Of a stretch of DNA of 64,000 nt, positions 46,606 to 55,042 are shown one piece after another. The translations under genes and the position numbers were made by a program. The notes beneath the pieces were generated by a model. That model made no database searches. It had not been told where the DNA came from and saw only the letters and a list, made by a program, of their open reading frames with translations. Position 1 is the stretch's first letter; each line of letters begins with the position of its first letter. The DNA comes from Microthrixaceae bacterium. GTDB lineage: Bacteria; Actinomycetota; Acidimicrobiia; Acidimicrobiales; Microtrichaceae. The stretch lies in contig JAIBBP010000264.1 in assembly GCA_019694615.1 (NCBI GenBank), positions 958-64,957 on the forward strand. Direction: 5' to 3'.

Positions 46606-47273
46606 GGCGAGACCAGCACCAACCTCAGCCCACCAGCACTCGCCGCGGCCGCGACCGCCTCAGCGTCAGCCTCGGTTGCGAGTACCGACACCAAGAGCCG
46701 GTCACTGGCCAGCTCATCGACGGCGAACACGGTCGCATCTCGGGCGATGACCGCAGGATCCGCCTCGAGCTCGGCGACGTCGGCCGAGCGAACGACGTTG
46801 ACCCGATCGCCCGGGGCCAGGCCACGTGCCGGGTACGCACCAGGGTCGAGCGAGAGGCCGACCACGCCGTCGCCGTCCTGGACCGTTGCAGCATCGGCGA
46901 TCACCGAGGTCGTGAGGAGCGTGCCCTCGGCCAGGTCGACCAGCGCCACGCGACCCACCACTCGGTCGAGCTGGGAGCCGTCGAGCCGAGCCAACGCATC
47001 GTCGCTCGACACGTACGCCACCTTCACGTCGTTCGCGTCGATCACCTCGCCCCGCTCAACGCTCGACACCAAGACCAATGCAGGAACCTTCTCGACAGCG
47101 CTCAAGTGCCAGAGCACCGCGCCCAGCGCGAACACGGCCATGACCAACACGCCGACGACAAGCTCAGGCACTCGCACTCGCCTACCGGGCGGGCGAACGT
47201 CAACGCTGCGCCGAGCACCTTGGCCGTTGGACGACGGCGCATCGGGCCGAGTCGCGGTTCGAGGAGCGGCCAC
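46602..47273 (-). CDS. CpaB/RcpC-like SAF-domain pilus assembly protein
   Basis: N-terminal TM anchor followed by a SAF-like block VLVSSVERGEVIDANDVKVAYV. Confidence 0.65.
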   Translation of the reverse strand: MAAPRTATRPDAPSSNGQGARRSVDVRPPGRRVRVPELVVGVLVMAVFALGAVLWHLSAVEKVPALVLVSSVERGEVIDANDVKVAYVSSDDALARLDGSQLDRVVGRVALVDLAEGTLLTTSVIADAATVQDGDGVVGLSLDPGAYPARGLAPGDRVNVVRSADVAELEADPAVIARDATVFAVDELASDRLLVSVLATEADAEAVAAAASAGGLRLVLVSP

Positions 47274-47275
47274 TG

Positions 47276-48151
47276 CTACCGGCCTCCCCGCGTCCCGATC
47301 GCTTGGATCTCACCGACCTCGACATCGAGCGTCGACGAGCGCGTGATCGCCGGGAGCGCGCCGCCACCGGCGGCGTTCGACGTCCACGACACCTCGAGCG
47401 TCACCGTCGCCTCCAGGTTGAAGGTGCCACCCGGCCGCGTCGCTGACGAGCTGCGGTAGGTGTGGGTGCAAGACGACGCGCCCTCCGACGAGCCAGGTCG
47501 CCACGGGGTGCCCGGACCGCGACACGACACCGACCCGCCGTCGCCGAGTTCCCAAGTCGTAGCGACCGGTGTCGCTCGCACCGTGGACCAAACACGACCG
47601 GTGTTGGCTGTCGCTTCGTAGGTCTGCCACCACGTCGAGTCCAGCCACAGCCAGGTCGGCACCTGGACGTACAGGCGCCCGTTCTCCGACGGGCTCGTGC
47701 GGATCGCCGGTGGCGCGATCTGAACCGAGGCGAGCGCGTCGAGCGCGAGCTGGTGGGGATCGACCAACCCACCTTCGGGGATGAGGAAGAAGCCGTCGAC
47801 CGCTACGGCTCCGACTCCGGGGCACCACCGTTCCAACCATCGGCCGGTCGCCGAGTGTTGGGTCTCAAGTGTGTCGACGTCGTAGATGCCGAACTCGAAG
47901 TCATCTTCGATCACCACGTGCCACTCGCAGGGGTCCTCTGAGCCCGATCCGCCACCGCCCGACCCTCCGCCACCACCAGACCCGCCTTCCTCGGCGACTG
48001 CGGTCGGATCTCCGTCAGGGTCGACAAACGCGCCACCGTCGCCGTCCGGTCGTTCGCCGGCTCCGGCCTGACCCGCCGAGACGACCACGATTGAGAGCGC
48101 TGTGAGTAGCGCGACTACGAGGCGTGTGCGCATCCCGCGACTCCTTCCCAC
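47276..48151 (-). CDS. secreted hypothetical protein of the Tad operon
   Basis: Signal peptide LVVALLTALSIVVVSAGQAGA, a Gly/Ser linker and a Cys-containing beta-rich domain. Confidence 0.5.
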   Translation of the reverse strand: MGRSRGMRTRLVVALLTALSIVVVSAGQAGAGERPDGDGGAFVDPDGDPTAVAEEGGSGGGGGSGGGGSGSEDPCEWHVVIEDDFEFGIYDVDTLETQHSATGRWLERWCPGVGAVAVDGFFLIPEGGLVDPHQLALDALASVQIAPPAIRTSPSENGRLYVQVPTWLWLDSTWWQTYEATANTGRVWSTVRATPVATTWELGDGGSVSCRGPGTPWRPGSSEGASSCTHTYRSSSATRPGGTFNLEATVTLEVSWTSNAAGGGALPAITRSSTLDVEVGEIQAIGTRGGR

Positions 48152-48783
48152 TGTTGAATGAGGCGGGCAGAGGACACTCGCCAGGCACCGTCGACGTGCT
48201 GCAGCTCTCCTCTGATGTTCTGTGTGTAGACCTCGCCGTCAACGACCTCGCCTGTGTTCCGGCGGTAGATCACCCCGTCCGTGACAACGCACTCCTGCAC
48301 CACGGCGTGATCGCCTTCCAGATCGATGACGTCGACGCGCTGGATGTCGCTCGGGTTCGCCGCAGGCCGGAACGCGAGACCGTTCTCGAGGTTGCTGCGT
48401 GTCTCCGCGATCACCGCGTCCAATTGGGCACCAGTGGCGAAGTCCCGGAGCGCTGGGTCATCCGGGTTTGGGGTGCCACTGTTGGCGGCGAAGCGAGCGT
48501 CCCAGTAGCCGATATAGCGGGCGACGATCTCTTCTTCGGCGGTCTGGCCGTTCGGCGTCGACGCCGAGGTGGTGGAAGCGGTCGACTCGGGGGTCGATGT
48601 CGAGCTCGTCGTGTCGGTGGTGGTCGACGATCCCCTCGGCTCGGTCGTACTGGTCGAGGTTGTCGCTGCGTCGTCGGAGCATCCGACCACGCCGAGACCG
48701 ATGAGGATGGCGAGCGCGATCGTCCAGCCGCTGACATGCCGCCGGTGTGCTGCTGCTCGATCGATCCGATCGGACCTGACCAT
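48115..48783 (-). CDS. lipoprotein of the Tad operon
   Basis: Lipobox LGVVGC after a TM-like leader, followed by a Ser/Thr-rich linker. Start trimmed to MVRSD. Confidence 0.55.
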   Translation of the reverse strand: MVRSDRIDRAAAHRRHVSGWTIALAILIGLGVVGCSDDAATTSTSTTEPRGSSTTTDTTSSTSTPESTASTTSASTPNGQTAEEEIVARYIGYWDARFAANSGTPNPDDPALRDFATGAQLDAVIAETRSNLENGLAFRPAANPSDIQRVDVIDLEGDHAVVQECVVTDGVIYRRNTGEVVDGEVYTQNIRGELQHVDGAWRVSSARLIQQWEGVAGCAHAS

Positions 48784-49037
48784 GGTCACGCCTCCTCGTT
48801 CGGGACGACCCCCTTCCGGCATCGCTGAGTTGGGCACCCAGCGAATCCCGCAGTTCCACGTCGGCGCGACGATCGCACTGCGAGTCAGGTGGAGGAGGTC
48901 AGCCCCGTAACGGTCGGGCAGACGAGACCGGGCATCGACGAGTCGATGTCGCACACAACGGTAGCGAGCCTGTGTCGATCTTGCTCGACGAGCACGGGCA
49001 ACGCGCGGGAGTGACAGCGGCCGCATGGCGGGTCGGT

Positions 49038-49715
49038 TCAGCTCGCTAGGGGGAGTTCACGGAGGCGAGCCTCGGCGCGCCACCGGCGATGCCACAGCAC
49101 TTTGAGCGACACCTGCTGCTCGGCGGCGAGCTCGGCCATGGACTCTCCACCAACCCGGCTGCGCAGGATCGTCGCGAGGACCTCGTCGGATATCCCCGAC
49201 GAGGAGCTTGCGGTGGCGAGCTCTTCGAGGAAGGCGTGGCTGACGAACTGCTCCTCTGCGGAGGGCGCCTCTGTCGCCACACACGATCCGATCTGGCGCC
49301 TAGCCTTGTCCTGCTCGCGGCGGTAGCGCTTGCGGACGTCGAGCAGGACGTTGGCCGACACCGATCCGGGTCGGCTCGCGGGGTAGGTGCGGATGCGTTC
49401 CCATGCGAGCCTGACGATGTCGTCGATCGCGTCGTCGTCGCGCCCGACACGGTGGGCAAGGTTGCACAGACCGCCGAGCAGTCCTTGGAGCAGAGTTCGG
49501 GCCGCGAGATGATCAGCGGGCGCCAAGGCTGCGAGTGCCCGTCGGACCGCTGGCCCATCGTCGGGGTTGAAGCCGAGGTCGATCACGTCGTCGAGGTCTG
49601 CGGCTGACGTGAGCACTGGGTGGGTAGCCGACCAGCGCATCAGCGCTCGCCTTGCGGATGGAGAGCCGGCGATCGCCGACCACTCCCTGTTGAGGGATCG
49701 CAGGATCTCTGCCAT
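49038..49715 (-). CDS. sigma-70-family-like (ECF-like) factor
   Basis: AGGAGG 6 nt before the ATG. Region-2-like IVRLAWERIRTY and region-4 HTH ESMAELAAEQQVSLKVLWHRRWRAEARLREL. Confidence 0.55.
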   Translation of the reverse strand: MAEILRSLNREWSAIAGSPSARRALMRWSATHPVLTSAADLDDVIDLGFNPDDGPAVRRALAALAPADHLAARTLLQGLLGGLCNLAHRVGRDDDAIDDIVRLAWERIRTYPASRPGSVSANVLLDVRKRYRREQDKARRQIGSCVATEAPSAEEQFVSHAFLEELATASSSSGISDEVLATILRSRVGGESMAELAAEQQVSLKVLWHRRWRAEARLRELPLAS

Positions 49716-49760
49716 CGGAAGCCTCCTGGTGTCGTTGAGCACCAGCAGGGTCCGCGTGGC

Positions 49761-49855
49761 ACCTCCCGTGCGACCTCCCGTTCGACCTCCCGTTTCGAAG
49801 ATTTCTGGTCGGTTGCCTCCCGTCCGAGGGGTCCGGCCTCCCGTTCGACCTCCCG
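49761..49855 (+). repeat. iteron cluster 1: six copies of (A/G)CCTCCCG, mostly 12-bp phased
   Basis: Copies start at 49761, 49773, 49785, 49815, 49836 and 49848. Longer consensus CGACCTCCCGTT. Intergenic, between the sigma-like gene and 49917. Confidence 0.8.
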
Positions 49856-49895
49856 TCCACGGGATTTCGCTGCTGCCAACGCGCGCTATCGACCC

Positions 49896-49910
49896 CGCCG
49901 AGGGGCCTAC
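49896..49910 (+). promoter_or_regulatory. conserved motif CGCCGAGGGGCCTAC-N6-ATG (instance C)
   Basis: Ends 6 nt before the ATG at 49917. Confidence 0.45.
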
Positions 49911-49916
49911 GGGGGC

Positions 49917-50462
49917 ATGGAACGTGATCGGATACTGAGGTTCACCCCCGTCGACCACCCCGACGACCGGGTGCAACGTGTCGGCTTCGATCTGACCGAC
50001 CCCTACGTCGAGCAGTGCTGGTCGGCTGTCGTCGGGCCGAGCTCGACCTTGCTGCTCCGTCGGATGCCGGACCTGTGGGCCGTCAACTCGCCCCGCGAGA
50101 TCCAGGCCACTGAGCTGTCTCGTTCGCTCGGCCTCGGTCGCGGTGTGGGCGAGCGCAGCCGCCTCATGAGCACCATGAATCGGCTCGTCCAGTACCGGCT
50201 TGCCCGGCCAGCTCCGGACGGCGCCGGGCTGGAGGTCTTCCGCCAGGTCTCACCACTCACCCCCCATCAGCTCGACCGGGTGCCGCAGTTGACCCGCGAC
50301 ACCCACGAACGGCTCTTCGGCACCCACCTCGAGCAGATCGACGACCTGGCCCAGCACCAGGCGAGCGTCGCGTCGATCACGGCTCGTCTCGACCGCATCC
50401 AGAACAGTTCCGGCCGACCAACCAACGGGCTCGCGCCTCAGGGCAAGGCGCTCGGGCGATGA
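49917..50462 (+). CDS. hypothetical DNA-binding-like protein, paralog of 18424-18879
   Basis: Shares blocks with the 18424 protein. First gene of the relaxase operon, directly downstream of the iterons. Confidence 0.6.
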   Translation: MERDRILRFTPVDHPDDRVQRVGFDLTDPYVEQCWSAVVGPSSTLLLRRMPDLWAVNSPREIQATELSRSLGLGRGVGERSRLMSTMNRLVQYRLARPAPDGAGLEVFRQVSPLTPHQLDRVPQLTRDTHERLFGTHLEQIDDLAQHQASVASITARLDRIQNSSGRPTNGLAPQGKALGR

Positions 50463-50552
50463 GCTTCACTCGCCGGAACGGCTCTCCCGGAACACCCGTC
50501 GGCCCGGTCCCGTTCATCGGTGCCGAACAGCAGATCCGGCGCGCACACATTT

Positions 50553-50577
50553 GCAGGTTTCCCTCCGGGAAACCTGC
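50553..50577. promoter_or_regulatory. oriT candidate hairpin GCAGGTTTCCC-TCC-GGGAAACCTGC
   Basis: Perfect 11-bp inverted repeat 25 nt upstream of the relaxase GTG, followed by iteron-like GTCTCCCG at 50581-50588. Confidence 0.5.
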
Positions 50578-50601
50578 TGCGTCTCCCGTTGGCGGTCTCC
50601 G

Positions 50602-53600
50602 GTGAAGTTCACGGTCACTCCGCTGGGCGGAGGCCGGGGGGACGCTGCGCGTGTGGTGGACGCGATCGTGCGCTACCTCCAGCCGCCTCCGAAGGCCGCC
50701 CCGTCGAGCAGCACTCCAGCGCCGGACGCTGGTGGTCCCGAGCGGTACTACGCGGATCGCGGGGAGGAGCCGGGGCGGTGGCTCGGTCGCGCTGCTCACG
50801 GTGCCGGGCTCACGGGGGCGGTGCTGCGGCCGGACTTCGCATCGGTTCTGGCTGGTCGGGACCCTTACACCGACGAACGGCTCATCACTGCCCAGGGCTC
50901 TGCGGGGCGGCGACCGACGTTGGGTTCGGGCGCCCACACCAAGGTCGGAGCCGATGGGGAGCAGCTCTATGACGTGGCCGACGCTGCTGCGGCCCTCGGG
51001 TTGTCGCACCGGGAGGTCGAGCGGATGCTCGACGTCGGCACGGCGGTCGCTCTCGGCACCTTTACACAGGCCGTGGGTGTCCAAGCCACGCCGGGAGACG
51101 AGGCAGGACCTCCCGCGCGACCTCCCGACGCGTCTCCCGAATCGGTGGGACCTCCCGTTCCACCTCCCGCGCGACCTCCCGTTTGGTCTCCCGTTGGCGC
51201 TGTGACCAGGCAGTTCTGGCAGCCGGGAGGTTCCTACCTCGTGCCCTTGGTCGAAGGTGACGGGTCGCGGTGGGTGCGGGCCGGCGAGCTGGCCCGTTGC
51301 GCCCATGCCCGCGACGCGGGAATCGACCCCGGGGACATCCGATCGCTGGGAGCACCCGACGACCAGCTGAGCCTGGCCGAAGCCGCCCGGCTGGTCGGCC
51401 TCACCAAGCAGTACCTGCGCGGCCTCGCCCGCTACCACGAGAACTACCAGGTGGAGATCGAGCGATCCCTCGCGGCCGGGCGGCACCCGCGCCGGGCGTT
51501 CCTGGTCGCTCACCGTGGCACCAAGGGCCGGTGGTTGGTCACCCGTGAACACCTGGCCGAGTTCGTGGAACGGCGCCGCCCTCCGGCGGTGCGAGTCGGC
51601 TACGACCTGACCTTGACCACAGAGAAGTCCCTCGGCGTGCTCGCGCTCCTCGGCGACGCGACGACCCGTTCCGCGGTGCTGGGGTCGATCCAGGCCGGGA
51701 ACGACTGGGCGCTCGGCTGGCTCGAAGATCACGCCGCGGTCGGCCGGGTCGACGGCAAGCCAGTGACCGGTGAGGGGTGGATGGTGGCGTCCTTCCGGCA
51801 CCTCACCTCCCGCGCGCTCGACCCGTTCCCGCACCATCACAACGTGATCGCCAACACCGTCCGCCTCTCCGACGGCACCAACCGGGCGCTCGACGCCCGT
51901 GCCCTGTATCGCCACGCTCAGGCCGCCTCCGCGCTCGCGACCGCCGAGATGCGCCACCAGCTCACCAACGACCTCGGCGTGAGGTGGCGTCCGGGCCGCA
52001 AGTCCGGTTGGGAGATCGAGGGCATCACCAACCAAGTGGTCGGCGAATTCTCCAAGCGCCGCAACGAGATCGACGACGCCCTACGGGAGCTCGAAGAAGA
52101 GATCGGTCGAGGCGCGCATCCTGGCGAGGTCGAGCACATCGTGCTGCGAACGCGCCCGGCCAAGAACCACACGCCCGCGGATGACTTGATCGCTTCGTGG
52201 CGTGACCGCGCCGCCCGCCACGGCCTCACCCCCGACACGCTCGCCGACCTCTCCGGGCACGACACCCAGGCCCAGGCGGTTGATGAGGCGGCGTTGTTCG
52301 AGTCGCTCGCCGGGGCAGAGGGAATCTGCTCGGGTGGATCGGTCTTCTCGCGGTCCGAGGCACTCGTCGCCATGGCGAACCATCCCGTGCCTGGCGCCGA
52401 TGGCGAACAGGCGCAGCCGCTGCTGTGTGGCGCGTCTCGATTGATCGAGCTGACCGATCAGTTCCTCGCGTCGGAGCAGGTGGTCGCGCTCACCGACGCC
52501 GACGAACCGCTCTACACGACCGTGGAGATGCTCGGCGTGCAGGACCGCATCGCGGCCCGCTTCACCAAGGGACTTCATCGGGGCGCGCACCTCGTCCCCG
52601 ATGGCCACGTCGAGGCCGCGCTCGAACGGCACGCGCACCTCACCGGCGAACAGCGGCGGCTTGTCACGGAGTGGTGCCAACGCGGGCATCGCTTCCAAGC
52701 CGCCATCGGACGCGCCGGGGCTGGCAAGACCACAACCGTCGCCGCGTGCGCGGATGCGTGGACTGCCGCCGGCTACCGGGTCCTCGGTGCAGCCGTGAAG
52801 GGCGAAGCGACGCGGACCCTGGCCGCGGCGACCGGGATCGACTGCGAGACCGTCGCTTGGTATCTCGTCCACACCGATCCCCAGTCGTTGCCGCTGGACT
52901 CGCGGACGATCCTCGTCGTCGACGAAGCCTCCACGCTGTCGGACCGTGACCTCGACACCTTGATGGAGATGGCCGCGACCACCGGGGCGAGCCTCCGGCT
53001 GATCGGCGACCCAGCCCAGCACGGTGCCATCGCTGCGGGGGGCATGTTCCGCGTCCTTTGCGAGCGCCACGAACGCGACACCCCCGAGTTGGTGACCACC
53101 CACCGGCTCCAAGACCCCCACGACCGTGCGGCGGCCCAGGCACTGCGCGAGGGTCGGATCGACGAAGCGTTCGACCAGCTCGCTGCGGCCGGTCACCTCC
53201 ACATCGTCGCCGACGACCTCGCCATGTACCGCGAGGTGCTCGGCCGCTGGTGGGACGCCCACCGCGACGGGCTCGAGCATCCGATGGTCGACCGGCGCAA
53301 CAGCACCCGCCGCCAGCTCAACCGTCTCGCCCACCTCCTCCGACGCGTGAACGGCGAACTCGACGGCGACGAGATCACCGCCAGCGGAGACCGACACTTC
53401 GCCGTCGGCGACCGGATCACCGCCCGCGCCCCCAACCGCGACCTCCACGTCGACGGCGACCGGCACGCGTATGTCCGCAATGGTGCGCTCGGCACGATCG
53501 TCGCCGTGCGCCCCGACCGACGTGACCCAGCCGACGACACGCTGACCGTCGACTTCGACGGCATCGGCACGATCGACATCCCGAGGTCGTTCTTCGATCA

Positions 53601-53952
53601 TCACCGCACCCCCGCTGGTCGACCCGAGGTCGGTATCGACCACGCCTACGCCCTCACCTCCTACGCGGTGCAGGGTTCGACCCGCGACGTGTCCACCAGC
53701 CGCGTCGACGCGACCGCCACCCGCTCGGAGACCTACGTCGACATCACCCGCGGACGCCACGCCAACCACCTCTACCTCACCGCCTCGGTCGACCCCCTCG
53801 ACGGCGAAGCCCTCCCACGCGTCCCAGCCGCACCCGCAGACCTCGCCGTCGCCGAACGCCTCCAACGCTCCACCGGCGAACTCACCGCCTGGGAACTTGC
53901 CCACCCCGCCGACCAAGCGCAGTCCGTGGCAGACCAAGCCGTCGGAATCTGA
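50602..53952 (+). CDS. MOBF-type relaxase/helicase (TrwC/TraA-like)
   Basis: N-terminal TrwC-like block (ERYYADRGEEPGRWLG...LAGRDP), His triad FPHHHNVIAN, Walker A GRAGAGKTT, Walker B LVVDEASTL, C-terminal UvrD-like YALTSYAVQGST. Confidence 0.9.
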   Translation: MKFTVTPLGGGRGDAARVVDAIVRYLQPPPKAAPSSSTPAPDAGGPERYYADRGEEPGRWLGRAAHGAGLTGAVLRPDFASVLAGRDPYTDERLITAQGSAGRRPTLGSGAHTKVGADGEQLYDVADAAAALGLSHREVERMLDVGTAVALGTFTQAVGVQATPGDEAGPPARPPDASPESVGPPVPPPARPPVWSPVGAVTRQFWQPGGSYLVPLVEGDGSRWVRAGELARCAHARDAGIDPGDIRSLGAPDDQLSLAEAARLVGLTKQYLRGLARYHENYQVEIERSLAAGRHPRRAFLVAHRGTKGRWLVTREHLAEFVERRRPPAVRVGYDLTLTTEKSLGVLALLGDATTRSAVLGSIQAGNDWALGWLEDHAAVGRVDGKPVTGEGWMVASFRHLTSRALDPFPHHHNVIANTVRLSDGTNRALDARALYRHAQAASALATAEMRHQLTNDLGVRWRPGRKSGWEIEGITNQVVGEFSKRRNEIDDALRELEEEIGRGAHPGEVEHIVLRTRPAKNHTPADDLIASWRDRAARHGLTPDTLADLSGHDTQAQAVDEAALFESLAGAEGICSGGSVFSRSEALVAMANHPVPGADGEQAQPLLCGASRLIELTDQFLASEQVVALTDADEPLYTTVEMLGVQDRIAARFTKGLHRGAHLVPDGHVEAALERHAHLTGEQRRLVTEWCQRGHRFQAAIGRAGAGKTTTVAACADAWTAAGYRVLGAAVKGEATRTLAAATGIDCETVAWYLVHTDPQSLPLDSRTILVVDEASTLSDRDLDTLMEMAATTGASLRLIGDPAQHGAIAAGGMFRVLCERHERDTPELVTTHRLQDPHDRAAAQALREGRIDEAFDQLAAAGHLHIVADDLAMYREVLGRWWDAHRDGLEHPMVDRRNSTRRQLNRLAHLLRRVNGELDGDEITASGDRHFAVGDRITARAPNRDLHVDGDRHAYVRNGALGTIVAVRPDRRDPADDTLTVDFDGIGTIDIPRSFFDHHRTPAGRPEVGIDHAYALTSYAVQGSTRDVSTSRVDATATRSETYVDITRGRHANHLYLTASVDPLDGEALPRVPAAPADLAVAERLQRSTGELTAWELAHPADQAQSVADQAVGI
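51108..51193 (+). repeat. iteron cluster 2: seven copies of (A/G)(C/T)CTCCCG inside the relaxase ORF
   Basis: Copies start at 51108, 51120, 51132, 51150, 51162, 51174 and 51186. In frame, the stretch encodes GPPARPPDASPESVGPPVPPPARPPVWSPV. Confidence 0.8.
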
Positions 53953-53980
53953 GAATCCCCGCGAAGTCCTGGCCCGTCAA

Positions 53981-53989
53981 AGGGCCTAC
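53981..53989 (+). promoter_or_regulatory. conserved motif AGGGCCTAC (instance E)
   Basis: One-mismatch copy 37 nt upstream of the SD-led ATG at 54026. Confidence 0.35.
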
Positions 53990-54025
53990 ATAGGCAGACC
54001 CCACCCACCGACCGAGGAGGACCCG

Positions 54026-54235
54026 ATGTCCACCACCGAGACCGACGCCCCGGCAGAAGTCCTCACCATCGACGAAGCCGCAGCCATCCTGCGCATCAGC
54101 CGCAACGCCGCCTACGCCGCGGCCCGCGAGTGGCGAGCCACCGGCGGAAAGGTGGGTATCCCCTGCATCGAGATCGGCCGCACCCTCCGAGTCCCCCGCG
54201 CCGAGTTCGAACGGCTCCTTGGCCGCCCGGCGTGA
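54026..54235 (+). CDS. excisionase-family / MerR-like HTH DNA-binding protein
   Basis: 69 aa. LTIDEAAAILRISRNAAYAAAR ... IPCIEIGRTLRVPR is the excisionase-type HTH pattern. GAGGAGG SD upstream. Confidence 0.7.
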   Translation: MSTTETDAPAEVLTIDEAAAILRISRNAAYAAAREWRATGGKVGIPCIEIGRTLRVPRAEFERLLGRPA

Positions 54236-54289
54236 CCATCGTTGCCTCGACGTCGACCGTCTCCACGGCCCGCTCGGTCCCCGGTCCTG

Positions 54290-55042
54290 TCAGTTGAGCT
54301 GAACCACTAGCTCGCCTACCGCGAGCAAGTCGGATCGCTCGACATCCGACACCGCCGATCGGCTGTCCATACGAAGCCACCGAAACGAGCGATCGACTTC
54401 ATCAACGAAGTACCGTTTGCACATCGTCGCGGTGCTCGAGACGAGGATCCGTGGAGCGGTCCTTCTCAGTTCGGCAGCAATGGAGGCGGCACCGAATGCC
54501 CCGACAATGCGGACCACGTCGTAGATGTCGCCGCTGCGCTTGTCTGGTCGCGAGTCACGGCGGCCCTCGACCGAATGAAGCTTCATTGCGACGATGGCAG
54601 TCGGAGTTGCGACTGGGACTGTCACCTCAACCAGCGTCTCTCGAGAACTCGAGCTCACGACGCGCAGCAGACGGTTGACAGCCGTCTCGAGCGCGAACGA
54701 GTGAGCGAGGTACGCACCGCTGTGCGGGTCCCCACCGGACACGTCAATGATGTCCACGTCGACGAACGTCGAGCCCGATGCGATCGTGACTCCATTCCTC
54801 GACTGCTGCGCACCTTGCTCGACAAGGAGCTCCAGCGCACTGTCAGCGTCAATCGACACTGTGTCGAGATCGCCAGTTGGCCGGTGGAACCCGTTGAGGT
54901 TCACGGCTACAGACACACCACCGACGAGTGCCCATGTGGGCAATCTGGCTGGAAGCGCTCCTAGAGCTGAGAGGGCCTTGACGGCGAAGGCGTCCGGTGT
55001 GGTGGCGACGAAGACGACCGCCGCCCTGTCAACGCCAGACAT
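54290..55042 (-). CDS. AbiEii/AbiGii-like nucleotidyltransferase (toxin-type)
   Basis: N-terminal ALVGGVSVAVNLNGFHRPTGDLDTV (GG ... R-x-T-x-D-x-D) NTase motif. Overlaps the upstream gene by 14 nt. Confidence 0.6.
   Translation of the reverse strand: MSGVDRAAVVFVATTPDAFAVKALSALGALPARLPTWALVGGVSVAVNLNGFHRPTGDLDTVSIDADSALELLVEQGAQQSRNGVTIASGSTFVDVDIIDVSGGDPHSGAYLAHSFALETAVNRLLRVVSSSSRETLVEVTVPVATPTAIVAMKLHSVEGRRDSRPDKRSGDIYDVVRIVGAFGAASIAAELRRTAPRILVSSTATMCKRYFVDEVDRSFRWLRMDSRSAVSDVERSDLLAVGELVVQLN

Noticed and set aside
49567-49938. ORFs on both strands (49567-49938 plus, 49640-49879 minus) that translate as PPVRPPVRPPV-type repeats.
   Set aside because: They are translations of the 12-bp iteron array in an intergenic region. 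They have no start context and overlap the better-supported flanking genes.
49761-51193. Possible CRISPR array suggested by the short regularly spaced repeats.
   Set aside because: The repeat unit is only 8-12 bp with a 12-bp period, so there are no spacers. No cas genes are present, and one cluster lies inside a protein-coding frame.
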